Shown here piece after piece: positions 47,330 to 56,194 of a stretch of 64,000 nucleotides of DNA. The DNA comes from Acidimicrobiales bacterium (GTDB lineage Bacteria > Actinomycetota > Acidimicrobiia > Acidimicrobiales > AC-9). A model generated the notes under the pieces. It was not told the origin of the DNA, searched no databases, and worked only from the letters and a program-made list of their open reading frames with translations. The DNA is taken from the NCBI GenBank assembly GCA_051985455.1, contig JBPYEI010000102.1:5356-69355 (forward strand), read 5' to 3'. Position 1 is the first letter of the stretch. The number at the start of each line of letters is the position of its first letter. Position numbers and translations under genes: made by a program.

Positions 47330-48457
47330 TCAGCCCCCGTCTTCATCTCCCCCACCCCGGAAGAATGGCCCGGTCAGGGTGCCCGGCGCCACCCGGCAGC
47401 CCGGCTGGAGCACAGCGTAGGGCCCCACGCGAGCCTCGGCTCCGATATCCGCCTGCAGCGCCACGCTGTTCTCGACGACAGCACCCTCGCCGACGCGGCA
47501 GTCCACCAGGCGGGTGCCGGGCCCGATGGATGCGCCGGTTGCGATCGTGGTGCACCCCTCCAGAATGGTGCCGGGAAGCACGGTCACGTCGGCGCTGAGC
47601 TCGACCGTGGCGTCGACGTAGGTGCGCTCGGGATCGTGCATGGTGACGCCCCGGCGCATCCAGCGCTCGTTGGTGCGGTCGCGCAGCTCCGCCTCCGCCA
47701 CCGCCAGTTGGGCCCGGTCGTTCACCCCGGCCGCCTCCATGGGATCGGCCACGACGAGCGCCGAGATCTCGTAACCGGCGTCGTGGAGCACGGCGACCGT
47801 GTCGGTCAGGTAGTACTCGCCCGTGGCGTTCTCGGGGCTGAGGCGTCGCAGGGCCGGCGCCAGGACGCTGCGGCGGAAGCAGTACACCGAGGTGTTGACC
47901 TCGGTCACCTGCCGCTCCTCCCCGGTGGCGTCGGCCTCCTCGACCACCGCGGCGATCCGGCCGTCCTTGTCCCTGACGAGCCGTCCGTAGCCGGTGGGGT
48001 CCTCGAGGTGGGCCACCAGCAAACTGGCGGCGGCGTCGCTGGCCCGGTGCGTTCGTACCAGGGCGGCGAGGGTCGGGGGACGAAGTAGCGGGGCGTCGCC
48101 CGGGAGGACGACCACGTCCCCTTCCTCCTGCTCGTCCTCGACGTTGTCCGGGAAACCCGTCAGGCCGACCGCCGCCGCGTCTCCCGTCCCTCGTTGCACG
48201 TGCTGCTCGACGAACTCCAGCGTGAACGTGCCCGGAGCACCCTCCTGCACGGCCTTGGTCACGCCCTCGGCCCCGTGGCCCACGACCACGACGACCCGCT
48301 GGATCGGAAGCTCGGCCAGCGCGTCGAGGACGTGGAGCACCATGGGACGTCCGCACAAGAGGTGGAGGGGCTTGGGCTGGGTCGAACGCATCCGGGTCCC
48401 CTCGCCGGCCGCCAGCACCAGGGCCGACAAGGCACGGGCTCCCTTGGTCGATCGCAT
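47330..48457 (-). CDS. glmU: GlmU-like protein: complete uridyltransferase domain but C-terminally truncated left-handed beta-helix (acetyltransferase) domain
   Basis: LVLAAGEGTRMRSTQPKPLH, GTGDAA, YYLTD. The LbH repeats stop at ...VGPYAVLQPGCRVAPGTLTGPFFRGGGDEDGG*, roughly 100 aa short of E. coli/M. tuberculosis GlmU as I recall them. prs starts 4 nt downstream. Confidence 0.8.
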   Translation of the reverse strand: MRSTKGARALSALVLAAGEGTRMRSTQPKPLHLLCGRPMVLHVLDALAELPIQRVVVVVGHGAEGVTKAVQEGAPGTFTLEFVEQHVQRGTGDAAAVGLTGFPDNVEDEQEEGDVVVLPGDAPLLRPPTLAALVRTHRASDAAASLLVAHLEDPTGYGRLVRDKDGRIAAVVEEADATGEERQVTEVNTSVYCFRRSVLAPALRRLSPENATGEYYLTDTVAVLHDAGYEISALVVADPMEAAGVNDRAQLAVAEAELRDRTNERWMRRGVTMHDPERTYVDATVELSADVTVLPGTILEGCTTIATGASIGPGTRLVDCRVGEGAVVENSVALQADIGAEARVGPYAVLQPGCRVAPGTLTGPFFRGGGDEDGG

Positions 48458-48601
48458 CGGCTCACCTCCCGCGCTACGCCCGAGACCGTAACCGCCAGGT
48501 CCTCCCTCTCCTGCAGGCTACGCCCGCCGTCTCGACGGGAGGGGGACGTGCGTCCCGGCGGTCACCGGCACTGTCAGTGGCCCTGCGTACCCTGGGCCAC
48601 G

Positions 48602-49180
48602 GTGACACGCGGCGTCTTCCCCGGCTCGTTCAATCCCCCTACCGTCGCTCATCTCGCCATCGCCGAGGCGGCGTCCCGGCAGTGCCGGCTCGAGCGGGTG
48701 GACCTCGTCGTGTCCCGCTCACCCCTGGGAAAAGAGCCGTCCGGTCTGGCCCGGTTGGAGGACCGGGTCGCGGTGCTCGAGCGCATCGCCGCCAGCCGGC
48801 CGTGGCTCGGTGTCAGGACGACCGACGCCCGCCTCCTCGCAGACGTGGCCGACGGGTACGACGTGCTGATCGTCGGTGGCGACAAGTGGGCTCAGCTCGT
48901 CGATCCGGCGTGGTACGGCGGGTCGGAGCTCGCACGAGACGAGGCGGTGCGCCGCATCCGTCGCCTGGTGGTGGCCCGGCGCGGCGACCACGCCGTCACC
49001 GGGTGCGAGGTGCTGGAGCTGGCCGACGAGCATCTCGGGATCTCGGCCACGGGGGCACGCGGCGGGCGCACCGACTGGATGGCCCCCGAGGCGGCCGAGT
49101 TCGACGCCCGCACCGGAGCCTGGACCGATCGGGCGCGCTACCGGCGCTGGCTGCGGGCCGACGCCGAAGGGCGCGGATGA
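48602..49180 (+). CDS. NadD/NMNAT-like cytidylyltransferase-fold nucleotidyltransferase
   Basis: GTG at 48602: VTRGVFPGSFNPPTVAHLAIAE (GxFxPxHxGH-type motif) and LGISATGAR (ISSTxxR-type motif). Confidence 0.7.
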   Translation: MTRGVFPGSFNPPTVAHLAIAEAASRQCRLERVDLVVSRSPLGKEPSGLARLEDRVAVLERIAASRPWLGVRTTDARLLADVADGYDVLIVGGDKWAQLVDPAWYGGSELARDEAVRRIRRLVVARRGDHAVTGCEVLELADEHLGISATGARGGRTDWMAPEAAEFDARTGAWTDRARYRRWLRADAEGRG

Positions 49181-50211
49181 GCACCTCCGCCGAGCGCGCT
49201 CATGTGCTGGAGGAGCGCATCGGCGACCACTTCGCGGCGCACGGGTACATCGTGCGTCAGAACGCCTACCTCCACGGCCGGTCAGGCGGCCGGCACGAGG
49301 TCGACGTGCTGGCGGAGAAGTCCGACGCGCTCACGACGTTCCGGCTCGCCGTCGAGTGCAAGGCCTGGGAGGCGCCGATCGAGAAAGATGTCGTGTCCAA
49401 GCTCAGCTACGTGCTGGGCGACCTCGGTCTCAACAAGGGCATCATCGTGGCCCTGCACGGATGGCGGGCCGGGGCCGAGCAGGCGGCGGTCGAGCTCGGC
49501 ATCGACCTGTGGGGACCGGCCGAGCTCGACCGGCGGCTGGGCGCCGCGGTGACGCGCCAGCTCGACGTCGGTTCGCCCGCCCGGTTGGCGCGCGGCTACC
49601 CCTTCGCTGCTCCGGAGGATCGGGCGTTGACCCGGGCGCGCCTACAGGGCAAGGGGCGGCTCGGGCTGCGGACGGTCGAGCGACTGTCGTGGTTCGGCCC
49701 GGTGTGGGTCCCCGTGTACCTCGTCGACCTCAGCGTCACGTCGATGGAGGTCCGGTGGGGTCGGCAGCGGTTCCTCACCAAGAGCGTCACGAACGCCTAC
49801 GAGGCCGTGTCCGGCACCTTCGTGGGACCGGCTGCGCCCGAGGACGGCGACGTCGTGGACATCGATCTCTCCGCCGGCGCCATCAGGCCAGGTGTGCGCG
49901 ACTCCAAGGTGGCGAGCGACATCCGGCGGGGCTTCGAGCGATGGAACGATGTGCAGCAGGAGGCGGCCAAGCTGCGGCACGCCGCCGCCCTGGATGCCCT
50001 CGGCGTCGAGGTGCCATGCCGGGGCGTGACGGTGGACGGCTGCGCGTTGGTGCACGCGCCGACGTATGTCGGTTGGCTCCGGACCGGCGACCACGAGCGC
50101 CTGGTGGTCATCAGCGGCACCTCGGGGGCACTCTCGGAGGCCTTGTCGGCCGTGCTCACGGCCAACATCAGCCACGTCCGCAGTTCGCTGTTCGAGGACC
50201 AGCCCGGCTGA
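49177..50211 (+). CDS. Mrr-like PD-(D/E)xK (restriction-endonuclease-fold) N-terminal domain protein with unknown ~220-aa C-terminal domain
   Basis: ATG at 49177 overlaps the upstream stop (ATGA). EERIGDHFAAHGYIV...GRHEVDVLAE...RLAVECKAWEAPIEKDVV fits D...(D/E)xK. I recognise no motif in the C-terminal part. Confidence 0.65.
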   Translation: MSTSAERAHVLEERIGDHFAAHGYIVRQNAYLHGRSGGRHEVDVLAEKSDALTTFRLAVECKAWEAPIEKDVVSKLSYVLGDLGLNKGIIVALHGWRAGAEQAAVELGIDLWGPAELDRRLGAAVTRQLDVGSPARLARGYPFAAPEDRALTRARLQGKGRLGLRTVERLSWFGPVWVPVYLVDLSVTSMEVRWGRQRFLTKSVTNAYEAVSGTFVGPAAPEDGDVVDIDLSAGAIRPGVRDSKVASDIRRGFERWNDVQQEAAKLRHAAALDALGVEVPCRGVTVDGCALVHAPTYVGWLRTGDHERLVVISGTSGALSEALSAVLTANISHVRSSLFEDQPG

Positions 50212-50220
50212 GGCCGCGGC

Positions 50221-51540
50221 TCAGGGCTTGACACGCACGCACAACAGCGCGATGTCGTCGGCCCGCTGGTCCTCACCCGACATGGTCGCGATGATCCGAT
50301 CGATGAGCTGCTCCGGGTCGGTACCCGTCTGCGTGGCCACCACCCGTCGGAGCCGATCCAGACCCTCGCTCACCAGACCACCCCGCTCCTGGATGAGACC
50401 GTCGGTGTAGAAGAGGACCGTCGAGCCGGGATCGAGGTCGACCTCGCCCTCGGAGTACGTCAGTCCGCCCATGGCTCCCACGAGCACCGAGCTCGGCTCC
50501 TCCAGATACGTCGTCGTCGCGGCTCCCCCCATGACCAGTGGCGGCAGGTGCCCGGCGTTGCTCCAGCGCAGACGACGCGTGTCGGGTTCGTAGATGCCAT
50601 AGATGAGAGTCGCCATCTGATCGGCTTCGAGGCCGCGGGCGAGCTCGTCGACGTAGTCGACGACCTCGGCCGGCGGGCTGCCCGTCCACGCGTACGCCCG
50701 CACGGCTGTCCGCAACGAGGCCATGATGCTCGAGGCGCGCAGGTCGTGGCCGATCACATCGCCGATGACCAGACCCACGCGGCCGTCGGAGAACGGGATC
50801 ACGTCGTACCAGTCGCCGCCGACCTCGGCCCCCGCCGCCGGCAGGTAGCGGGCGGCCACGTCCAGCCCGGGCACAGTCGCCAGCCGATCGGGCACCAGTA
50901 CCTGCTCGAACGCCTTGGCGACGTGGCGGGCGCGCTGGTACAGCTGGGCGTTCTCCACGGCCAGGCCGGCCTTTCTGCCCAGATCGATGGCCACCGCCAG
51001 GTCGGCGTCGTCGAGCTGGCGGCGCGACTCGGCCGACACCACCGACAGGGCGCCCAGCACCCGCGCTCGGCCGCGGAGCGGGACCACCACGGCTGACTCG
51101 ATGCCGAGGGCGCGAAACTTCTCGAGCTGTTCCGCGCTGTTGGCGCTGGCGGCCAGAATCTCGTCGCTGACGGCCCGGATCAGCTGCGGTTCCCCACCTT
51201 TCAGCACGTCCGCCACCGGAGAGGTGCTCGCCAGCCCGGAGGTAGTGATCAGATCGTGTTGCACCCACGCCGTCCGGCCCGGATCGCTGTGGGCGGCGGC
51301 CGCCGTCCGCACGCCGCCGATGTCGTCCAAGACGTGGACGCCGCACCAGTCGCCCAGCACGGGAACGACGAGCTGGGCCAGACGGTACAGGGCGGCGTCG
51401 GGATCCAGCGTCTCGGTGAGCACGGTGCTGGCTTCCGACAGCAGGCTGAGCCGAGCCAGCAGGCCATCAGCGCCTGCCTGGCCCGCCACGATCTCCCCGA
51501 ACTGGCTTCCGCCGCCATCGAGACGGCCAAGGTCGGCCAT
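50221..51540 (-). CDS. GAF domain + PP2C/SpoIIE-family serine phosphatase (RsbU/RsbP-like)
   Basis: ATG at 51540; codons upstream have low GC3, and from 51540 onward GC3 is high. GAF-like N-terminal half. PP2C motifs: EVGGDWYDV, GDVIGHD, FYTDGL. Confidence 0.85.
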   Translation of the reverse strand: MADLGRLDGGGSQFGEIVAGQAGADGLLARLSLLSEASTVLTETLDPDAALYRLAQLVVPVLGDWCGVHVLDDIGGVRTAAAAHSDPGRTAWVQHDLITTSGLASTSPVADVLKGGEPQLIRAVSDEILAASANSAEQLEKFRALGIESAVVVPLRGRARVLGALSVVSAESRRQLDDADLAVAIDLGRKAGLAVENAQLYQRARHVAKAFEQVLVPDRLATVPGLDVAARYLPAAGAEVGGDWYDVIPFSDGRVGLVIGDVIGHDLRASSIMASLRTAVRAYAWTGSPPAEVVDYVDELARGLEADQMATLIYGIYEPDTRRLRWSNAGHLPPLVMGGAATTTYLEEPSSVLVGAMGGLTYSEGEVDLDPGSTVLFYTDGLIQERGGLVSEGLDRLRRVVATQTGTDPEQLIDRIIATMSGEDQRADDIALLCVRVKP

Positions 51541-51665
51541 CAACGTACTTTGTTCGAGACTGAGGCAGGGATGTCCTGCCAGCGCCGGCCCGACGAGCTG
51601 AGCAGGCCGGTTATTGCTCCCACGGCGTGGGTAGGCTGCAAGTAGCTGGCGTATGGGCACTGGGG

Positions 51666-51706
51666 GTTGGGTCGGCCAAGCCGGGGGCCCGGCTTGGCCA
51701 CCCAAC
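51666..51706. other. Strong 19-bp hairpin/palindrome in a 448-bp non-coding gap
   Basis: GTTGGGT(C)GGCCAAGCCGGG-GG-CCCGGCTTGGCC-ACCCAAC, paired by hand with one bulged C. Confidence 0.5.
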
Positions 51707-51833
51707 ACGGCTCGGGGGTGTAGTACGGGTGTAGTGAGGCACCACGTCGATTTCACACAGACAGGTGACCCATCGTCCCCTTCTCATTTCGGTCCCGCCC
51801 GTTTACCGTGAGATAAGACCGCGGCGGCTCCCC

Positions 51834-51855
51834 CCTCGTGGTCGTAACGAAACGG
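51834..51855 (+). repeat. Weaker copy of the dispersed motif
   Basis: GGTCGTAACGAAACGG (51840-51855) matches the reverse complement of 56079-56094 (GGTCGAAACGAAACGG) at 15/16 positions. Confidence 0.4.
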
Positions 51856-51988
51856 TCGGGGGCCCTGGATGAAAGGCGAGGGCCCAGGGCCTCCGAGCCG
51901 TTCCGTTGCTCGGCGGGCGCTTCTGGTTTTCGGTCTGACGACGAACGCGCCCGTTTGTCGGGGTCCGCGGCGTGAAGGCTGTGTTGCG

Positions 51989-52333
51989 TCAATTCGGCGA
52001 TGCGCCCGACGGCGGGTGCGTGATCTCGATGATCCCCGTCAGGCCGCTCAGCTCGAGCACCTTGAACACGTTGTCGCGTGGTGCGTCGATCGTGAGGTGC
52101 CCACCGCGACCCTCGAGGGCGAAGTGCGTCTGGGCGAGCACCGCGATGCCGGTCGACTCCATGAACGCCGTATCCCCCAACTCGACTACCACGTCCTGAC
52201 CGGCGTCGACGAGCCGAGCGAGCACGTTGCTGAGGCGCGGCGCCGTGAAGATATCCAGCTCGCCCTTCACGCTCACCACCGACGTGCCATCGTCCTCGGT
52301 GACGACCACGGCGAAATCCGGCGCACCCTGCAT
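51989..52333 (-). CDS. STAS-domain anti-sigma-factor antagonist
   Basis: ATG at 52333: MQGAPDFAVVVTEDDGTSVVSVKGELDIFTAPRL...LGDTAFMESTGIAVL...VFKVLELSGL. Confidence 0.85.
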   Translation of the reverse strand: MQGAPDFAVVVTEDDGTSVVSVKGELDIFTAPRLSNVLARLVDAGQDVVVELGDTAFMESTGIAVLAQTHFALEGRGGHLTIDAPRDNVFKVLELSGLTGIIEITHPPSGASPN

Positions 52334-52410
52334 CGCACCCCTCCCTCTGCGCTGTAGTTCAGTACCACGGCGAGCTAGTCGTGACAAGGGGGCCGCGTCC
52401 TGGTGCGACC

Positions 52411-53523
52411 TCAGAGCCAGGGCGGGAGCTTGCCGAGCCCCGTGGCCAACGGCGGCACGTCCCGTGAGGCTCGTGGCGGGTGCCGGTCGTAGCGAACGGG
52501 GTGGCACATGACGGGCTCTCCGTCAGGGCCATCAGCCACCAGGCCCCGCGCACGAAAGAGGTCGGCTTCGAGCATCTCCTGTTGTGACAGCACGGGCGAG
52601 ACGGGGACGCCGGCCTCCACGAGCGCAGCGACGACCTCGTCCCTGGCCCTGTCGCCGACGGCCTTGGAAATGCGCTCGTTGAGTTGACGGCCGAGGGCGA
52701 CCCGCTCGGCGAAGGCGAGGGAGGCGGCGTCGTCGAGGCCGAGGGCGCGCACGAGATCGCTCCAGGCCCCGTCCTCGCTGAGGACCCCGAGGGCGATCCA
52801 GCCGCCGTCAGCCGTGGCAAACGTCCCGTAGCCGGGCAGGTCGCCGAGGGACTCACCGCCGGCCATGGTGAGCGGCGGCAGGGCACCCGTCCACGTGGCG
52901 AGGATGTCGGTCATCGACACGTCGATGCGATCCCCCTCCCCGTGGCGTTCGCGCCGGACCAGTGCTGCGCAGATGGCGAGGGCGGCGTAGGAGCCGCCGG
53001 CCAGGTCGGCGATGGGCGGACGCCCCACGACCGGAGCCTCGTCACCAGGTCGAGGCTCGACCACGCCCGCCCACGCCTGATAGTTGAGGTCGTGACCGGG
53101 GAGGAGACGGAGGGGGCCGTCCTGCCCGTAGCCGGAGACCGAGCAGTACACGACGGAGGAGCGCCTCGCCCGAACAGCCGCCTCGCCCACGCCCAGACGC
53201 TCGACCACACCGGGGCGGAATCCCTCCACCACGACGTCGGCGGCGGCGGCCTGGTCGAGCACCGCGTCGCGCGTCGCAGGGTCCTTGAGGTCGAGGGCGA
53301 CGGCGCGCTTCCCCGCGTTGAGCACGGCGAACAGCGTCGGGAACACGCGCATCGGGTCTCCACCCGGAGGCTCCACCTTCACGACCTGAGCGCCCAACTC
53401 GACGAGGAGCTGGGTCGCATAGGGGCCCGGTCGCCAGATGCTCAGATCGAGAACCCGTATGCCGTCGAGGAGGGCTCCGGCTCCGGCATGCCGGTGACCG
53501 GTTGGTCCCTCGGGCGCGGCCAT
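52411..53523 (-). CDS. CaiB/BaiF family III CoA-transferase
   Basis: LDGIRVLDLSIWRPGPYATQLL...VVEGFRPGV...YCSVSGYGQDGP...PGHDLNYQA. Confidence 0.9.
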   Translation of the reverse strand: MAAPEGPTGHRHAGAGALLDGIRVLDLSIWRPGPYATQLLVELGAQVVKVEPPGGDPMRVFPTLFAVLNAGKRAVALDLKDPATRDAVLDQAAAADVVVEGFRPGVVERLGVGEAAVRARRSSVVYCSVSGYGQDGPLRLLPGHDLNYQAWAGVVEPRPGDEAPVVGRPPIADLAGGSYAALAICAALVRRERHGEGDRIDVSMTDILATWTGALPPLTMAGGESLGDLPGYGTFATADGGWIALGVLSEDGAWSDLVRALGLDDAASLAFAERVALGRQLNERISKAVGDRARDEVVAALVEAGVPVSPVLSQQEMLEADLFRARGLVADGPDGEPVMCHPVRYDRHPPRASRDVPPLATGLGKLPPWL

Positions 53524-54590
53524 CAGCCGACGAGCCCGCGCCCCGTCACCAGCGGCAGGTCCGCGGCGGTGAGCAGCCCCGGTGGCGCCGCGATCACTGC
53601 CGGCACGGCGTTCACCAGCCGCATGGCGGTGGCCTTCAGGCCAGCTGTGTTGTGATCGCCGTCGGTGCCGAGCAGCTGGAGGTCGAGGGTGTAGTTGGGT
53701 TCACCGGTGACGACGACCCGGTAGCAGCCGCTGCCGGCGGGTTGGGGCCACTCCGGCGCCAGGTCGTCGCGCAGCCTGGTCACGTGCTCGAGTACCGTGA
53801 TCGCCCGCCCGTTGCGCAGGCCGCGCACCTCGAAGCGCAGAGCCGCAGCCGTGCCCGCTTCGACGGTGCCCGACGCGACCTGGAAGGTCTCGGGTGCTGG
53901 CAACCTCTTGTACACCTGCTCGACGTCGTCCAGCTCGACGCCCAGACCGGCCGCCAGCTGGCGCACGACGCTCCCCCACGCCGTCGTCAGCATGCCCGGC
54001 TGGAGCAGCAGAGGCGTCTCCTCGAGCGATCGTCCGAAGCCCATGATGTCGAACAACACCATGGGCTGGTCGTAGGTGGCGTAGTTGAGGATCTCGAGGC
54101 AGCGAACCTCCTCGATCCGTTCGCTGATACCCGTGAGCACGAGCGGTAGCCAGTCGTTGGCGAAGCCTGGGTCGATACCGTTCACCCACAGGGACGAGCC
54201 TCCCTCGAGCGCTGCCTGCCGGAGCGGCACCACCATCTCGTCGGGCACGACCCCGTCGGGGTACTGAAGGAACACCGGCCCGCTCGAAACGACGTTGATC
54301 CCGGCCCGCAGGAAGCGCTGGAGGTCGTCGATGGCTTCCATCAGCCGGTGGTCCGCCATGGCGGAGTGCACGATGCAGTCGGGCCGCTGGGCCAGGAGCG
54401 CCTCGGCGTCGGTGGTCGCTCGGACACCCAGCTCCTTGCCGAGCCCGGCGAGCTCGCCCGCGTCGTGGCCGTCCTTCGCCGCGCTCGACACCCAGACCCC
54501 GGTCAGCTCCAGGTTCGGATGGGCGTCGATGCCGGCAATCACGTGCCGGCCGACGTTGCCGGTGCTCCAGCCGACCACCCGGTAGCTCAC
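53523..54590 (-). CDS. DapB-N-like NAD(P)-dependent dehydrogenase (amine dehydrogenase / diaminopentanoate dehydrogenase-like family)
   Basis: YRVVGWSTGNVGRHVIAGI (Rossmann fold), 355 aa. The stop shares 1 nt with the CoA-transferase start (TGATG). Confidence 0.65.
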   Translation of the reverse strand: MSYRVVGWSTGNVGRHVIAGIDAHPNLELTGVWVSSAAKDGHDAGELAGLGKELGVRATTDAEALLAQRPDCIVHSAMADHRLMEAIDDLQRFLRAGINVVSSGPVFLQYPDGVVPDEMVVPLRQAALEGGSSLWVNGIDPGFANDWLPLVLTGISERIEEVRCLEILNYATYDQPMVLFDIMGFGRSLEETPLLLQPGMLTTAWGSVVRQLAAGLGVELDDVEQVYKRLPAPETFQVASGTVEAGTAAALRFEVRGLRNGRAITVLEHVTRLRDDLAPEWPQPAGSGCYRVVVTGEPNYTLDLQLLGTDGDHNTAGLKATAMRLVNAVPAVIAAPPGLLTAADLPLVTGRGLVG

Positions 54591-54703
54591 GGGTCCTCCT
54601 CACTCGTCCCACCCGGCAGGCGAGATCGAGCCCGAGGTTAGGCCGCGCCGGTCCGGGTGGGCCGGAAGCGCAGTCCCGGCAGGGGTCGCCCGTCGCGGCC
54701 GTC

Positions 54704-55432
54704 TCAGGGCAGCAGCGGGAAGATGCCCGTTCCCCAGATGGAGGAGGCCACGGCGCGCTCCACCGCCTGCTCACTCGTCCCCGCCCGCAGCGCGCTGAGG
54801 ATGCTTCCGTACGGGCCCGCCTGAAATGTCTGGACGGTGGCCTCCAGGCCCTCGGGCCAGCTCGTGTAGGCCTGGACCCCCGCCCCGTTGATGGAGTGCG
54901 AGCCGGGCATTCTCTTGGTGGTGTTGAGCGGGTTGTACGCCGCCGGGCTGTTCCACGCCCCACCCTCGGCCTGGGCCCACGACACGATGGCGCCCGTGTT
55001 CTGCGACGTGACCTGATCGCCGAGCATCTCCAGCACGGCCACGGCGAAGTCGTGAGACGTGTTGATCACCATCTGCGTCGGCGAGGTCGTGGTCGTCGTC
55101 GAGGGAGGGGGCGGGGCCGCGGTGGTCGGCGGAGCGGCGGTGGTGGGCGGAGCCGGTCCCGGTTCCGTGCCCGTGGTCGTGCTCAGGGGGCCGGGGGGAG
55201 GTCCACTTCCCGGTGCAAAGTGTGAACGGACCCCACTCGAGGCCGACGACGCGCCGAGGACAGCGCCCGGGTGGGCGAAGGACCCGATGGCGGCGGTCTG
55301 CGCGGCCCGGAGGCGGGCGAGGCCGACCTCGTGGGCGGCTGCAGAGGCGGCGCAGATCATGACGACCGGGCTGACGGTGGCCACGGCGCTGACTGCGAAG
55401 GCGACCATCCGTGTCCGGGCCCCGGAAAGCAC
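54704..55432 (-). CDS. Secreted hypothetical protein with Pro/Thr-rich linker
   Basis: Signal-like MVAFAVSAVATVSPVVMICAASAAA, a PPTTAAPPTTAAPPPPSTTTTT linker, and a ~115-aa C-terminal domain with no motif I recognise. Confidence 0.55.
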   Translation of the reverse strand: MLSGARTRMVAFAVSAVATVSPVVMICAASAAAHEVGLARLRAAQTAAIGSFAHPGAVLGASSASSGVRSHFAPGSGPPPGPLSTTTGTEPGPAPPTTAAPPTTAAPPPPSTTTTTSPTQMVINTSHDFAVAVLEMLGDQVTSQNTGAIVSWAQAEGGAWNSPAAYNPLNTTKRMPGSHSINGAGVQAYTSWPEGLEATVQTFQAGPYGSILSALRAGTSEQAVERAVASSIWGTGIFPLLP

Positions 55433-55621
55433 CTGGTCAGAGTTCGCCGCCGCGTCCCGTTGTCCCTTTTGTCGGGCTGTAGGCGGGGCCCGGCCCAGGC
55501 TCCGAGTCGGCGCTGGGATGCCGATCCTCGAGCAGCCGCCTGCCCCACACTTTGCGACGACCCTGCCTTAGGCTCGAGCCGTGCGAGACCCATGCCCGTC
55601 CAACCGCTGGGAGGAATGATC

Positions 55622-56077
55622 ATGCGCATCGAGTCACAGACGACCATCTCCCGACCACGGTCTCAGGTCTTCGACCACATCGCCCATGCCGAGCGTCTGC
55701 CCGAGTACGTGACCGACTTCGCCTGGGTGAAGCAGGTCTCACCGGGCGAGCCCGCCAAGGGCACGGAGTACAGCTACAAGATGAAGCGCGGATCGGCCGA
55801 GAGCAGCTTCGAGTGGACCGAGTTCGAGCCGTCGTCGAAGCTGGCGTGGCACGGTCCCCCGGCCAAGGCCGGCCCCGGCTCGATGGAGCCGGCGGGATCG
55901 TGGGAGCTCGCCGAAGAGGGTGAGGGGACGCGGGTGACGCTCGTGATGGCGCCGACGCCTGGCGGTCTGTTCAAGCTCATGGCCCCGTTCATGTCGGGCT
56001 CCATGCGCAAGGGCAACGCCCGGGCGTTGGAGCTCCTCAAGCAGCAGGTGGAGAGCGGCGCCACACCAACTTCCTGA
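55622..56077 (+). CDS. SRPBCC (polyketide cyclase/START-like) family protein
   Basis: GGGAGG sits 7 nt before the ATG at 55622. MRIESQTTISRPRSQVFDHIAHAERLPEYV... The 268-aa track ORF is an over-extension. Confidence 0.8.
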   Translation: MRIESQTTISRPRSQVFDHIAHAERLPEYVTDFAWVKQVSPGEPAKGTEYSYKMKRGSAESSFEWTEFEPSSKLAWHGPPAKAGPGSMEPAGSWELAEEGEGTRVTLVMAPTPGGLFKLMAPFMSGSMRKGNARALELLKQQVESGATPTS

Positions 56078-56085
56078 GCCGTTTC

Positions 56086-56194
56086 GTTTCGACCTTACGT
56101 GGAACGTGGGTGGTCACCCGAGGCCGCTTGGCGCGGATGGAGGTCGGGTCGTCGGGGGCTGCGACATTGCTCCGTTCCGCCTATGGTCGAAAAG
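56086..56194. repeat. 109-bp element bounded by ~20-bp imperfect inverted copies (D, E) of the dispersed motif
   Basis: Left arm GTTTCGACCTTACGTGGAACG (56086-56106). Right arm CGTTCCGCCTATGGTCGAAAAG (56173-56194). The arms are about 17/20 complementary. The right arm overlaps the last codons and stop of the 56181-56753 gene. Confidence 0.55.
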
